Positions 1 through 9,922 of a stretch of 43,148 nt of DNA are shown one piece after another. The stretch comes from Candidatus Iainarchaeum sp. GTDB lineage: Archaea; Iainarchaeota; Iainarchaeia; Iainarchaeales; DTGL01. The translations under genes were made by a program, and so were the position numbers. Under the pieces are notes generated by a model, which saw nothing but the letters and a program-made list of their open reading frames with translations, had not been told where the DNA came from and did no database searches. The stretch is from the NCBI GenBank assembly GCA_038886995.1, contig JAWALG010000004.1, positions 1-43,148 of the forward strand. The letters are read 5' to 3'. The number at the start of each line of letters is the position of its first letter. The stretch's first letter is position 1.

Positions 1-2471
1 TTAATCAGCTTAAGTACGCTGGGGTGCATTTCATTGAAATATTTCTGTATGCGCTCGTTGTTCCTGTCAAGGCCCAAGGTTAGCTGCGTTAAGTCATTAG
101 TCCCAAATGATATAAAATCAATGCCCTCCGCAAGTATGTCATCTATGGTAAGAGCTGCTGAAGGCACTTCAATCATAACCCCAAACTCTAGTATGCCTTT
201 CTCTCTTTTAAGGCCAACTTCTTCAGCAAACTTTTTTGCTTCTCTTACCTGTTCTGCGGTGTGCACAAATGGAAGCATAACTCCTATGTTTGAATAACCT
301 TCATCAATAAGTTGCTTTATTGCAATGAACTGCGCCTTGAGCAAATCTTTTTGGTCGAGGTCTCTTCTGATGCCGTGCCACCCAAGCATTGGATTTTCTT
401 CATGCGGCTCATACTTACCTCCTTCGAGGTTTCTGAATTCATCAGTCCTAGCATCAAAAGTTCTATACCAAACCGGCTTGCCTTTAAACTTTGATACTAC
501 CTCTTTAATGCCATCATGAACTGCTTTGACAAGCTTGTCAAATTCATTCCTACGTAAATACTCTGCCGGGTGAATGCCTTGGGCAGTTATCATATGCTCT
601 GCTCTTAGCAGACCAACCCCATCAGCGCCTGTTTTTGCAGCTCTCTCTGCGGCTTCAGGAAGGGCAACATTGACTTTCACTTGTGGCGCAATCTCTGCAA
701 GTAGCTTTAATATCATGCGTTCCTCTTCTTCAATATCTGCTTCTGCCATTTCTTCAGCCTTTACTTCTCCAAATCTTTCAATAATTGCCTCGGCATATTC
801 TCTGTGCTCTTTTATCTTGTTTCTCTCACCTATGCTTCTCTGTATGGCTTCCTTTATCTTACCTATCTTCATCTGTAACGCAATTAGGTTCTCTCTCTCT
901 TCTTTTACCTCCTTTAGGATCTCCTGCTTTTCTCTTACTTCCTGAGCGATTCCCTTGATACCTGCTTTTGGCTTAGAGTAAACATCTTCTTTCTGCAGAA
1001 CCTTAAACCTTTCATCTTCTTCACTCTTAAGCTCAAGCTTTATAGCTTCTTCAATCTCGTCTATTTCCTGGAGGCATATTATTTTGTCAGTTGTTTTTTC
1101 TGGTATTGCTAGGTGCACTTCCCCTTCATAAACATACCCTTTGTAGCCATCAACCGTGACTGTCATCTCATCCTTCAAAACCTTTGTTGCATTTTCTGTG
1201 CCAACAACACAAGGAATTCCGAGCTCTCTACTCACAATTGCAGCATGGCATGTCGTGCCACCTTCATCAGTTACTATTGCTGCCGATTTTTTCATTATTG
1301 GAACCCAGTCGGGATTAGTCATCTTTGTTACCAATATTTGCCCTTCTTTTACTTTGGTTATGGCTGATATGTTAGGCACCACCGCAACCTTGCCAGTTAC
1401 TATCCCCGGGCTTGCAGCAAGGCCATCAAGCAGTATTTTGTTCTCAACTTTTTCAACTTCGGCTCTTCTCTGAAACTCACTTTGAATTTTATCTTTGAGT
1501 GATAGAGTTGTTATTGCCCTACTTTGCAATATTTTTATTTCATTGCCCTCAATTGCCCATTCAATATCCTGTGGCGCTTTGTAATGTGCCTCAATCTGCC
1601 TTCCAATTTTGGCGATCTCAATTATTTTGTCATCGCTTATCTTCTGCTTAGCGCCTTTGTTCTGCAGTAGCTTAACCTTTCTTGTCTTTTCACCTTCTTT
1701 TTTGAGCATCCATTTTTGATAGCTTATTTTCTTGTCAATTATCTTTAAGGTTTTCTTATCCACAATGTAAGTGTCCGGCGTTATGCTTCCAGAAACTATG
1801 GCTTCACCGAGACCAAAACAGGCCTCTATTATTATTTTGCTTGTATCACCAGTCGGATCTGCTGTAAACATCACACCGCTTTTTTCAGAGTCAACCATGC
1901 TCTGAACCACGACAGCAATACCCACTTTATCTGTTGCAAAGTTCTTCTTTTTCCTATAAAAGACGGCCCTTGCAGTAAATAACGATGCCCAGCAGTTCTT
2001 TACCGCAGTGAGTAATTCCTGACAACCGTGAACATTAAGGTAAGTTTCCTGTTGCCCAGCAAAGCTAGCTTCTGGCAAATCTTCAGCAGTAGCAGAGCTC
2101 CTCACAGCAACAAAAGCTTGCTCACTTGAAGTAAGCCATGCAATTCTATGCTTCCCAAGCTTATTGTATTCGCAAAGAATTTCTCTTTTTAGTTCTTCAC
2201 TCATCGGCGTCTTTTTTATAAGCGAACGAATCTCTGCAGATGTCTTTTTCAGTGCTTCCGTATCGTCCACATTTAAACTGTCAATCTTTTCAATAATGGT
2301 TTTTTTAATTCCAGTCGCTTCTATAAAGTTAAAGTATGCTTTCGAAGTTATTATGAAGCCACTTGGGACTGGAAAATTTGCGTTTGCAAGCTCGCCAAGA
2401 TTAGCTCCTTTACCGCCCACAAGAGGGATGTCTTTAGCACTTACTTCATGAAACCAAACAATGTTGCGCAT
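1..2471 (-). CDS. ppsA: Phosphoenolpyruvate synthase (pyruvate,water dikinase); 3' end lies outside the window; has a long charged internal linker
   Basis: Hand translation, not in the ORF track. Starts MRNIVWFHEVSAKDIPLVGGKGANLGEL and contains AVRSSATAEDLPEASFAGQQET, the phospho-His motif TCHAAIVSRELGIP, GVGLLRAEH and SFGTNDLTQ. GGTGA SD upstream of ATG 2471. Confidence 0.96.
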   Translation of the reverse strand, partial: MRNIVWFHEVSAKDIPLVGGKGANLGELANANFPVPSGFIITSKAYFNFIEATGIKKTIIEKIDSLNVDDTEALKKTSAEIRSLIKKTPMSEELKREILCEYNKLGKHRIAWLTSSEQAFVAVRSSATAEDLPEASFAGQQETYLNVHGCQELLTAVKNCWASLFTARAVFYRKKKNFATDKVGIAVVVQSMVDSEKSGVMFTADPTGDTSKIIIEACFGLGEAIVSGSITPDTYIVDKKTLKIIDKKISYQKWMLKKEGEKTRKVKLLQNKGAKQKISDDKIIEIAKIGRQIEAHYKAPQDIEWAIEGNEIKILQSRAITTLSLKDKIQSEFQRRAEVEKVENKILLDGLAASPGIVTGKVAVVPNISAITKVKEGQILVTKMTNPDWVPIMKKSAAIVTDEGGTTCHAAIVSRELGIPCVVGTENATKVLKDEMTVTVDGYKGYVYEGEVHLAIPEKTTDKIICLQEIDEIEEAIKLELKSEEDERFKVLQKEDVYSKPKAGIKGIAQEVREKQEILKEVKEERENLIALQMKIGKIKEAIQRSIGERNKIKEHREYAEAIIERFGEVKAEEMAEADIEEEERMILKLLAEIAPQVKVNVALPEAAERAAKTGADGVGLLRAEHMITAQGIHPAEYLRRNEFDKLVKAVHDGIKEVVSKFKGKPVWYRTFDARTDEFRNLEGGKYEPHEENPMLGWHGIRRDLDQKDLLKAQFIAIKQLIDEGYSNIGVMLPFVHTAEQVREAKKFAEEVGLKREKGILEFGVMIEVPSAALTIDDILAEGIDFISFGTNDLTQLTLGLDRNNERIQKYFNEMHPSVLKLI

Positions 2472-2511
2472 TAATGTCACCTTAATAAAGAAAGCATTTT
2501 TATTTATTAAA

Positions 2512-5500
2512 TTAACGCTTATTGGTTTTCAAGTTTCCATTGTCTTTAATCATTGATCTAACTTTTGTAAGTCGCAATATTGCTTCACTGTATTTTTCTT
2601 CAAATTCTGCCTTGCTTATCTGCTTTTTCATATAAGCTATCTTAAGCCTTTTTATAAGTGAGCGAATGTTTTCTTCCTCTGTTTGGAGGTTTTTTATAAG
2701 GTCTCTCTTCTCTAACCTCTTAGAAGCTATCCTTAACCCCATGTATGTAAAAACTGAAAAAGACACGATTAGAGCTAATAACCATGTGGTGTTCTTGTCT
2801 CGCTTTATTATTGCAACGATTTCTTGCTTGTAGGCGTATGGCTCTGCTAAAGATAGCTTCAAATAATGCTCTCCAAAACCTATTGGTTCTTCTAGGTTTG
2901 CTACGTAAAAACCACCCGATTTTTTAAAGACAAGATTTGAGTCATTGCCGTCAATACTTAGTTTTCCATAGATTTCTTCTTCTGCCGGAGTGCTACCATC
3001 ACCCTTTAATATTCTGATCTTAATGCTCTTTACAGGGCTTAAAGAACTGTTAATCCCTTGCTTTGGTTCAATTATGTTCACAGTAAAATCCACCAAGTAT
3101 ATTGAAAAGTTTTCCAATGCGACCCAACTTTTATTTTTGTCCACTGTTGTGGCTTTAGCTTCGCATTCAAGAGTATTGCCTACCAAATCATTCGGAACTT
3201 GTAATTTTATCACATGGGTTTCTTCATCAGGGTGATAGGCCGCTTTTCCACTATATCCATTTTCACATGAAAACTCAACATTGCCTCTTAACCCAACTTT
3301 TGAAAATATTCTTGCTTCAACGCTCACAATTTGCCCTTTTACAGCACCTATGTTGTAGTCAGATAGCTCAAGGTCAAAATCAGGGTTATCCTTTAAAACA
3401 GGTATGTCGAGCTTTTCCGAAAATAAGTTTCCATATATGTCTTCACCCTGAAGATAAAGCGCAAGACCTTGCTTTAGGTGTTCTTCAGATAATCTGCAGC
3501 CCAGCATTATTCTATAATTATATGGATCGCTTTGGCTACTTACCGATGCTAACTTTGTTTTTAGATTGCTGTGTACAAGATAAGCGTCAATATACTGCAT
3601 TTGCACTGGTTGGTTTATTTGCGGCACAATTACCCTTACCACTACTTCTTTAATTTCTGAGTTTATAGGATATTTTTTCTCTTCAAACGGGTTGTGGTAA
3701 AGTCCAAGCTTTATCGGCTCAAAGCTTAAATGCAAACCACTGTTCAATTCAATTTTCCCTGAATTTGAGCTTATTTTTGCAGATAACTTAAGAATAGTGC
3801 TGTTTTTTGTTTTGTACGTTGGCATGTACTGCACAACAAGCTCATTGCCATCAAAATTGCTTTTTGCACTCAAGCCATCAACACTTGCATAAAGATTTGT
3901 TATCTTAGAGGGCTCTATTATTTTGTTGTTCTCATCAACGAAGACAATTCTTACCTCAGCCGGTTCTGTCTTTTTTAAGGTTTCACCCAAAGTGGGCTTT
4001 ATCATTTTAACCTTTATCTGTGCTCTCCTTATCACCACTTTTTTTTCAGCATACCCTAATTTTTCGCCTTGGCTTCCAATAACAGAAACTTTTACATTAT
4101 AATCCTTTTCATAATCTTTGAAGTCCGTTGGAAGGTAATATGAGTACTGCCTCTCATTTTTGTTATCTGTTATTTTCTTTCCGTCACCAAAGTCCCACTC
4201 GTACCTTAATTCAGGGTAAGTTGGGCTTACTGATAACTTGAATGAAATTATTTCGCCCTCATACGCAATTTCGGGTTCTACTTTTAGACCAATCACATTT
4301 ATTTTCCTCTTGTTTTCATCCGAAGGCAGCGTAGTAAAAGTGCCTTTGTGATTTTTTGACTGCTCAGCAGCGTAGCACTTTATCTCATAGACATAAAATG
4401 TGTTGCTAAAAAGCTCTGAAAAACTTTGCTTATGCTCTGTTTGATTAAGAGTAATACTTTCATACCACGAAAATACACCTCCGGTCTTTGCTACACCTAT
4501 TTCGCATTTTGACTCAATGCTGGTTTTCCATGTTATTGTTGCCTCACTCACCGATGTCTGCACTGAAACATCCCTTATTGAAAGTGTTCCAACAGTTGGT
4601 GAAGGCGAGGGAATAACTGTTGGTGTTGGTGAAGGGCTTGGGCTTGGAGTTGGTACTGGCGCAGGTAAAGTCGAAAGATCTTCCACACAGAATTCAGTGC
4701 TCTTTTCACTTTCAGTATTTCCGACAACATCAGTTGACCTGTAAAATATTTTAGTGCAGCCAACATCAGTTATATTAAAGTCAGTGCCAGCAGTCCAATA
4801 AGTGCTGTTGCCGATGCGATATTCTGTTTTTGCGCACCCTGAAGCAAGCTGAATTTGCGAGTTAGTTATACTGTATGGTACGCCGTCTGTGCATTTAAGT
4901 GAAATATTGGGATTCTTTATTACACGCAAATCATCGATTTGAAATTCAACACCAGTTGCCGTGATATTCGCATGAAACTTTACCCTAAAATCGTTGGTAA
5001 GGTATTGTTTGGGAACTTGAAATTTTAATATTCCGCCTTGCATAAAACCGATTTCGGGACCTAAATTTCTGATATTTTCACAGTTACTTTCAGACAAGTT
5101 ACAGAAATAAAGATACAAATCACTCTCAACCCTTGTACTCTTAACTGCATAAAACTCGAGTATGGCGCTCTCGGCGCCAGATAAATTTATGCCTTTCGAT
5201 ATAAGTTTTCCTTGCCTTTGATAATTTGCAGTCGCCAAGCCAGTTCGGTAGTTTGTCTGTATTATAGTCCAATCTGTTTTTTCCCATTTGGACTCATCAA
5301 AATTGTTTTTGTCGAAAGTGTCCTTAAAAACAACTGCTGCTTTTGACATTACTGCTTCTGTTGAAGGCGCCACGTTATCAACTTTTACATAGGCCACAAT
5401 CGGGCTTTCAAAGTTGCCTGCATAATCCTTAGAAGCATATACCATTAGTGTGGGCATGGTTAAACTTTCAGTGACCGTTGTTTTGCCCGAGCGTGAGTCT

Positions 5501-6171
5501 TTTATTGTTTCCATAAGCTTTTGAGTGTTGGTTCGGTTATTCCATATATCGTTAAAAAGAGCTGCTTCGCTGACCGGTACTTTTTTGTAGTATATAGAGC
5601 TGCATCCAACCCCAACGTCTGAGCACTGCAAAGTAAAGTCCCGAGGGCTTTTGTACCAAGCATTTATATCAGGTGAAATGTTTGTTTTAGGTGCCGTTGT
5701 GTCCTTTTCAAAACAATATCTCATATCAAACTTATAAATATTTTCATCTTTCAAGTCACAAGTGTTTGTACTACTGCAGCCACTTCTATAGCATAGAATC
5801 CTTGCTGTTACTATAGGATTCTCAGAGTCAAAAGCATGTTTGAAAGTAAATTTTGCCCCTATTGTTCCATTGCACCTACCATCATCGCAATTAATGTCAT
5901 CTGTACTTTCTACTTTTTGCATGGGGTTTGCGGGACCCTGGTTTATATAGACCAGGCATTTTGGATAGTAATCAGCTATTTTAACAAATTCAACATTATT
6001 AAGAGAAACCTTGACATATGCGTTGATGCTCATGTCTATTTTTCCATAACCGCTATCGTTGCAAGTAGTATTTGCATCAGTTATTTTCAAATCAGCAGTT
6101 GTTTGTTCATGTGCATTGCAAAAACTTAAGATAAGCAAAAATAACAAAGCATAAGCCAGGGGACTTTTCAT
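2512..6171 (-). CDS. Large secreted, membrane-anchored surface protein (signal peptide, Ig-like repeats, Pro/Ser/Thr linker, FN3-like and PKD domains, C-terminal TM plus cytoplasmic coiled tail)
   Basis: 1219-aa ORF with hydrophobic N-terminus, DxxAP / D-x-x-GN-x-E Ig-like motifs twice, PKD motif [19 protein letters not shown] linker, and TM WLLALIVSFSVFTYMGL. Confidence 0.8.
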   Translation of the reverse strand: MKSPLAYALLFLLILSFCNAHEQTTADLKITDANTTCNDSGYGKIDMSINAYVKVSLNNVEFVKIADYYPKCLVYINQGPANPMQKVESTDDINCDDGRCNGTIGAKFTFKHAFDSENPIVTARILCYRSGCSSTNTCDLKDENIYKFDMRYCFEKDTTAPKTNISPDINAWYKSPRDFTLQCSDVGVGCSSIYYKKVPVSEAALFNDIWNNRTNTQKLMETIKDSRSGKTTVTESLTMPTLMVYASKDYAGNFESPIVAYVKVDNVAPSTEAVMSKAAVVFKDTFDKNNFDESKWEKTDWTIIQTNYRTGLATANYQRQGKLISKGINLSGAESAILEFYAVKSTRVESDLYLYFCNLSESNCENIRNLGPEIGFMQGGILKFQVPKQYLTNDFRVKFHANITATGVEFQIDDLRVIKNPNISLKCTDGVPYSITNSQIQLASGCAKTEYRIGNSTYWTAGTDFNITDVGCTKIFYRSTDVVGNTESEKSTEFCVEDLSTLPAPVPTPSPSPSPTPTVIPSPSPTVGTLSIRDVSVQTSVSEATITWKTSIESKCEIGVAKTGGVFSWYESITLNQTEHKQSFSELFSNTFYVYEIKCYAAEQSKNHKGTFTTLPSDENKRKINVIGLKVEPEIAYEGEIISFKLSVSPTYPELRYEWDFGDGKKITDNKNERQYSYYLPTDFKDYEKDYNVKVSVIGSQGEKLGYAEKKVVIRRAQIKVKMIKPTLGETLKKTEPAEVRIVFVDENNKIIEPSKITNLYASVDGLSAKSNFDGNELVVQYMPTYKTKNSTILKLSAKISSNSGKIELNSGLHLSFEPIKLGLYHNPFEEKKYPINSEIKEVVVRVIVPQINQPVQMQYIDAYLVHSNLKTKLASVSSQSDPYNYRIMLGCRLSEEHLKQGLALYLQGEDIYGNLFSEKLDIPVLKDNPDFDLELSDYNIGAVKGQIVSVEARIFSKVGLRGNVEFSCENGYSGKAAYHPDEETHVIKLQVPNDLVGNTLECEAKATTVDKNKSWVALENFSIYLVDFTVNIIEPKQGINSSLSPVKSIKIRILKGDGSTPAEEEIYGKLSIDGNDSNLVFKKSGGFYVANLEEPIGFGEHYLKLSLAEPYAYKQEIVAIIKRDKNTTWLLALIVSFSVFTYMGLRIASKRLEKRDLIKNLQTEEENIRSLIKRLKIAYMKKQISKAEFEEKYSEAILRLTKVRSMIKDNGNLKTNKR

Positions 6172-6245
6172 GATTTAATAATATTCTTTACCCAAATAAA
6201 AATGTTTCTGGCGCTGCTGCGGATATAACCAGAAATAGTGAAAAT

Positions 6246-6318
6246 TGCCCCAGCCGGGATTCGAACCCGGGCTACTGGCTTGAAAGGCCAGGGTGCTTGA
6301 CCGCTACACCACCGGGGC
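6246..6318 (-). tRNA. tRNA-Glu(TTC), no encoded CCA
   Basis: Reverse complement folds as a cloverleaf: GCCCCGG/CTGGGGC acceptor, CTGGC-CT-TTC-AA-GCCAG anticodon arm, GGTTCGAATCC T arm. Confidence 0.96.
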
Positions 6319-6411
6319 ATACCTTCATTAGAATTTATGCCGATAAAATGTTTTTTAAATGTAACCTACAATAAGCATATAATCTGACTTGTATTGCTTT
6401 TAGGTGTTCTT

Positions 6412-6579
6412 ATGCCGCTAACTCACGAAGCACTCAAAAGGCGCTTTGAAAATGTATGGGTCTGCATGAGCTGCAATGCAAAGAATCGTGCATCCCCGGG
6501 AAAGAAGCCACAAAAATGCAGGAAGTGCGGAAGCAAGCGCTTAAGGCCAAAGAAAAAACTTAAGAAAATAGCGAAGTAA
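6412..6579 (+). CDS. rpl40e: 50S ribosomal protein L40e
   Basis: VCMSCNAKN...KCRKCGSKRLRPKKK zinc ribbon. ATG 6412 follows an AGGTG SD. Confidence 0.92.
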   Translation: MPLTHEALKRRFENVWVCMSCNAKNRASPGKKPQKCRKCGSKRLRPKKKLKKIAK

Positions 6580-6635
6580 AAAAGCTTATTTTGCACCAAA
6601 AAACCTTTTAAATAACTTCTAAGCGCTATACTTAT

Positions 6636-7481
6636 ATGGTAAAGCATTATATTGAAATAATAAGGCCATCTGACTGCTTGATGGCTTCTTTTGCTGTACT
6701 AATCGGCTTTCTTGTGGCTTCAGGCGGCTTTGTTGTCCATGATTTTCTAATTTTTTTAAAGCTATTTTTTGGCATGCTCGCTGTTTTTCTATTTGCAGCA
6801 GCAGGAATAGTTATAAACGACTATTTTGACTACCATATTGACAAGATAAATGCCCCGCACAGGCCTTTGCCTTCTGGCAAGATAAAGCGAGGGCATTCTC
6901 TAAACTATTCTTACTTTCTATTTTCTTTAGGCATATTCTTCGCATTTCTGGTATCATACCTTTCACCAGGGAACCCGTGGTGCCTCTTTTTAGCACTCGT
7001 TAATACTGCACTGGAAATCTACTATGCAAGGAACTTCAAGAGGATGCTCCTGATAGGCAATTTCGTTGATTCCTGGTTTGTAGCTTCAAGCTTTCTCTTC
7101 GGGGCGCTGATCTATGGCTTTGAAAACTTGCAAGCAGTATCTATACTTGCGCTTATTTCTTTTTTTGCAAATACTGGCAGAGAAATCTTTGGAGACCTTG
7201 AAGACATTGTTGGTGATAAAAAACTCGGTCTCAAAACAATGCCAATTGTTTGGGGTGAAAAAGTCGCAAAGCAGATAGGATCCGCTTTCATACTGCTTGC
7301 AGTGTTGATGAGTCCCGTGCCTTGGCTTTTAGGCCTTTTGAAGACACCTTACATCTTTCTGGTAATCATTGCAGACCTGTTTTTTATAGCTTCGCTGATG
7401 GTTGATCCAAAGATAAACCAACTACTTACAAAAGTGGCAATGTTAATTGCTCTTGTTGCCTTCGTGGCTGGAGTGATATAG
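6636..7481 (+). CDS. UbiA-family prenyltransferase, digeranylgeranylglyceryl-phosphate synthase-like
   Basis: NDYFDYHIDKINAPHRPLPSG and REIFGDLEDIVGD Asp-rich motifs; multiple TM segments. Confidence 0.85.
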   Translation: MVKHYIEIIRPSDCLMASFAVLIGFLVASGGFVVHDFLIFLKLFFGMLAVFLFAAAGIVINDYFDYHIDKINAPHRPLPSGKIKRGHSLNYSYFLFSLGIFFAFLVSYLSPGNPWCLFLALVNTALEIYYARNFKRMLLIGNFVDSWFVASSFLFGALIYGFENLQAVSILALISFFANTGREIFGDLEDIVGDKKLGLKTMPIVWGEKVAKQIGSAFILLAVLMSPVPWLLGLLKTPYIFLVIIADLFFIASLMVDPKINQLLTKVAMLIALVAFVAGVI

Positions 7482-8123
7482 TTGGATTTTAGTGCACAAC
7501 GCGAGAAGCTAGTCAATTCAATGGTTGCAAACGGCTCACTTAAGAGCCCAGAGCTTAAGAGGGCTTTTTTGAATGTCAAGCGCGAGGAATTCTTCTTAGC
7601 AGACATGAAAAGGTTTTCTTATGAGGATTCAGCTTTTCCAATTGGCTATGGCCAAACAATATCTCAACCGAGCACCATTGCGATAATGCTTGAGCACCTA
7701 AGGCCTAAAGAAGGGCACAAAGTGCTAGAGGTTGGTTCTGGCTCAGGATATGTGCTTGCCTTGCTTTCCGAGCTAGTTGGTCCCGAAGGCACAGTAATAG
7801 GAATAGAACGCAACACTGAGCTTGCTCAGCGTTCAAGGTACACTCTGGAGAAATTAGGATACAAAAAAGTGAAGGTGATAAATGCTGATGGCTCAAAAGG
7901 CCTTCCAGAAGAATCTCCTTTTGATCGCATCCTGGTTTCTGCTGCTTGCAGCGCTGTTCCGAAACCTTTGGAAGAGCAGCTTGCTTTGCTTGGTCGCTTG
8001 GTTGCGCCAGTTGGCTCAAGATTCTCGCAACAGCTTCAGGTTATAGAAAAAACACAAAATGGGGTGCTCAAAAGATATTTTGCAGAGGGCTATTTTGTCT
8101 TCGTGCCCCTTATCTCTGATTAA
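7482..8123 (+). CDS. pcm: Protein-L-isoaspartate O-methyltransferase
   Basis: PIGYGQTISQP, VLEVGSGSGY, PFDRILVSAA and FVFVPL motifs. Confidence 0.95.
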   Translation: MDFSAQREKLVNSMVANGSLKSPELKRAFLNVKREEFFLADMKRFSYEDSAFPIGYGQTISQPSTIAIMLEHLRPKEGHKVLEVGSGSGYVLALLSELVGPEGTVIGIERNTELAQRSRYTLEKLGYKKVKVINADGSKGLPEESPFDRILVSAACSAVPKPLEEQLALLGRLVAPVGSRFSQQLQVIEKTQNGVLKRYFAEGYFVFVPLISD

Positions 8124-8126
8124 GCC

Positions 8127-8807
8127 CTATTTTTCAACAAGTTTGGCACTCTTTACCTTTAGCACACCATGGTCTTTATCAAAATACTTTTCAAATTCTG
8201 TTATTTCAACTCTCTTTTTGAAAAGTGGCGCGTCAAGAACAAGTGTCTCAAATTCCCCACCTTCGCCACAAGCATTAATGCCATGGCTTTCCTCTAATTT
8301 TTTAAGTTCTTCAACAAGTTTAATGTCAATCTTTCTGCCCAACCATGATGCGTCTAAAGGATATGCACTTACTCCAATTATTACAACTTCGAATTTTCTT
8401 TTAATCACTTCTTCCAAAACCTTTTGCTGTGGCATGCCCCATAATGGGTTAAATGTTTTCAGTTTTAGTTCTTCACAAATTCTTTCTATCCTTTTGGCTT
8501 GATAGTTCGAGGCAATTGCTCCGCTAACAACAACACGAATTTTAAATCTCTTTTTAGCATCTAAAATAAGTTCTTTCAAGTCCTTGAGTTCAACTTCTTT
8601 TTCACCGCATGTTTCTTTCACAATCTGCGGCATCTCCAGTGCTTGTGCTTGTATCTTTGTAAGCTCTATGTTTGGCGTATGGAACATATAGCTGTGTGGA
8701 TTTTTCGGTATTGCAGTGAGAAGGCAAATCTCATCATAAGATTCCTTTGCAATATGAAGCGCAAGGCAAGAATCCTTGCCCCCAGAGAAAAGGACGCCAG
8801 CGCGCAT
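8127..8807 (-). CDS. dph6: Diphthine--ammonia ligase (PP-loop)
   Basis: LFSGGKDS, SYMFH and GEGGEFETLVLDAPLF. Start re-set to MRAGVLF at 8807, 2 nt after the fen stop. Confidence 0.92.
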   Translation of the reverse strand: MRAGVLFSGGKDSCLALHIAKESYDEICLLTAIPKNPHSYMFHTPNIELTKIQAQALEMPQIVKETCGEKEVELKDLKELILDAKKRFKIRVVVSGAIASNYQAKRIERICEELKLKTFNPLWGMPQQKVLEEVIKRKFEVVIIGVSAYPLDASWLGRKIDIKLVEELKKLEESHGINACGEGGEFETLVLDAPLFKKRVEITEFEKYFDKDHGVLKVKSAKLVEK

Positions 8808-8809
8808 AT

Positions 8810-9838
8810 TTACCCAAACCAAGAATCCAGCCGTGCTTGTGAGCCACTGCTGCATGGCAACTTTCTTATTTTTTCTATTGCCTTCAGCACTCGCTCTTCT
8901 GAGAAATTTCTTTCATCACATAGGAATTTTTTTATGCCCTCAACATTCGGTTCTTTGAATTCTATCTTGAAGGAATTGCTATACTTTGGCTCGAGGAATA
9001 TGCTTTCAACTTCTTTATAGTCAAAGTTAACCTCTTTATCCAAATTCTTTATAATATCTTCAAATGAAGAATGTTTTTTTACAAGTTCAAGGGCTTTTTT
9101 TGGGCCTATGCCTTCAAGCTTCTCATTGAAATCAGTGCCTATCATGATTCCAATCCAGACCAGCTTTCTTCTGTCAATTGAAAGGCAGTTTAGTGTCTCT
9201 TCAAGTGATATCATCTCAGGCACAACATCAACATAAATATCCCTTCCAGGTAGCTTCCTCTTGCCGCTTACAGTTAGATTGCGCAAAAGAAGCGGCGCTC
9301 CAAAAAGGAGCGCATCATAGTCCTGGCTTGCGCAGGCATAAATTTTTTTATTTGCAGCCATGACTGCCGCTTGTGCTTCGCCTTCGCCTGGTGCTTGCAC
9401 AATAGGCAAGCCCATTAAATTCAGAAGTTCCTTGGATTCATCAACCATTTCTTTGCTAAGCCGTACTGCCTGCTTGGCGTACTTTTTTGCATCATCAAGG
9501 CGACCTTCTTTTATAGCATCCGTGTATTTTTCCTCTGCTTCAGCCCTTATGCGATTTCTTTCTTCGCGCGTCTTTTCCTTAAGCTTGCTCGGTTCGCCGT
9601 CAAATATGAATACAGGCCTTATCTCATTTTCTATAAGGTTTGCAGTTCTGTATAAAAGGCCGCTGAGATGGCTTGTAACTCTGCCAGTAGAATCTGTAAG
9701 TAGTGAGCCATCGGCGCTGCGAACATTCGATAAAAACTGATACAGTGTGTTAAATGCATCTATGCCTATAGTTCTACCTCGCAAGAAACCAAAACTTACT
9801 TCTTTTTTTACTACAATTGCCCCTAAGTCAACGCCCAT
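8810..9838 (-). CDS. fen: Flap endonuclease-1
   Basis: MGVDLG, IDAFNTLYQFLS, EGEAQAA, SQDYDALLFGAP, GTDFN, and C-terminal PIP box QARLDSWF. Confidence 0.97.
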   Translation of the reverse strand: MGVDLGAIVVKKEVSFGFLRGRTIGIDAFNTLYQFLSNVRSADGSLLTDSTGRVTSHLSGLLYRTANLIENEIRPVFIFDGEPSKLKEKTREERNRIRAEAEEKYTDAIKEGRLDDAKKYAKQAVRLSKEMVDESKELLNLMGLPIVQAPGEGEAQAAVMAANKKIYACASQDYDALLFGAPLLLRNLTVSGKRKLPGRDIYVDVVPEMISLEETLNCLSIDRRKLVWIGIMIGTDFNEKLEGIGPKKALELVKKHSSFEDIIKNLDKEVNFDYKEVESIFLEPKYSNSFKIEFKEPNVEGIKKFLCDERNFSEERVLKAIEKIRKLPCSSGSQARLDSWFG

Positions 9839-9922
9839 GCCAAACAATAAAATTAAGCGGTTATGTTGTTAAAAAAGTTTTTGCTTTTCTGGTTAAGCAA
9901 AGCGCCTTGCCTCCAATTTTTA

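Noticed and set aside
690-1110. PpsA insert as an intein
   Set aside because: No N-terminal Cys/Ser block at the junction, no His-Asn end, no LAGLIDADG; the composition is helical and charged.
34-2451. Plus-strand ORFs at the window start
   Set aside because: Antisense shadows of ppsA, which the track missed because its stop lies outside the window.
8808-8855. Extended N-termini in the ORF track (dph6, fen, mbf1, ZIP, RHH, DUF59, thioredoxin-like)
   Set aside because: The extensions overlap neighbours or promoters; family homology starts at downstream ATGs.
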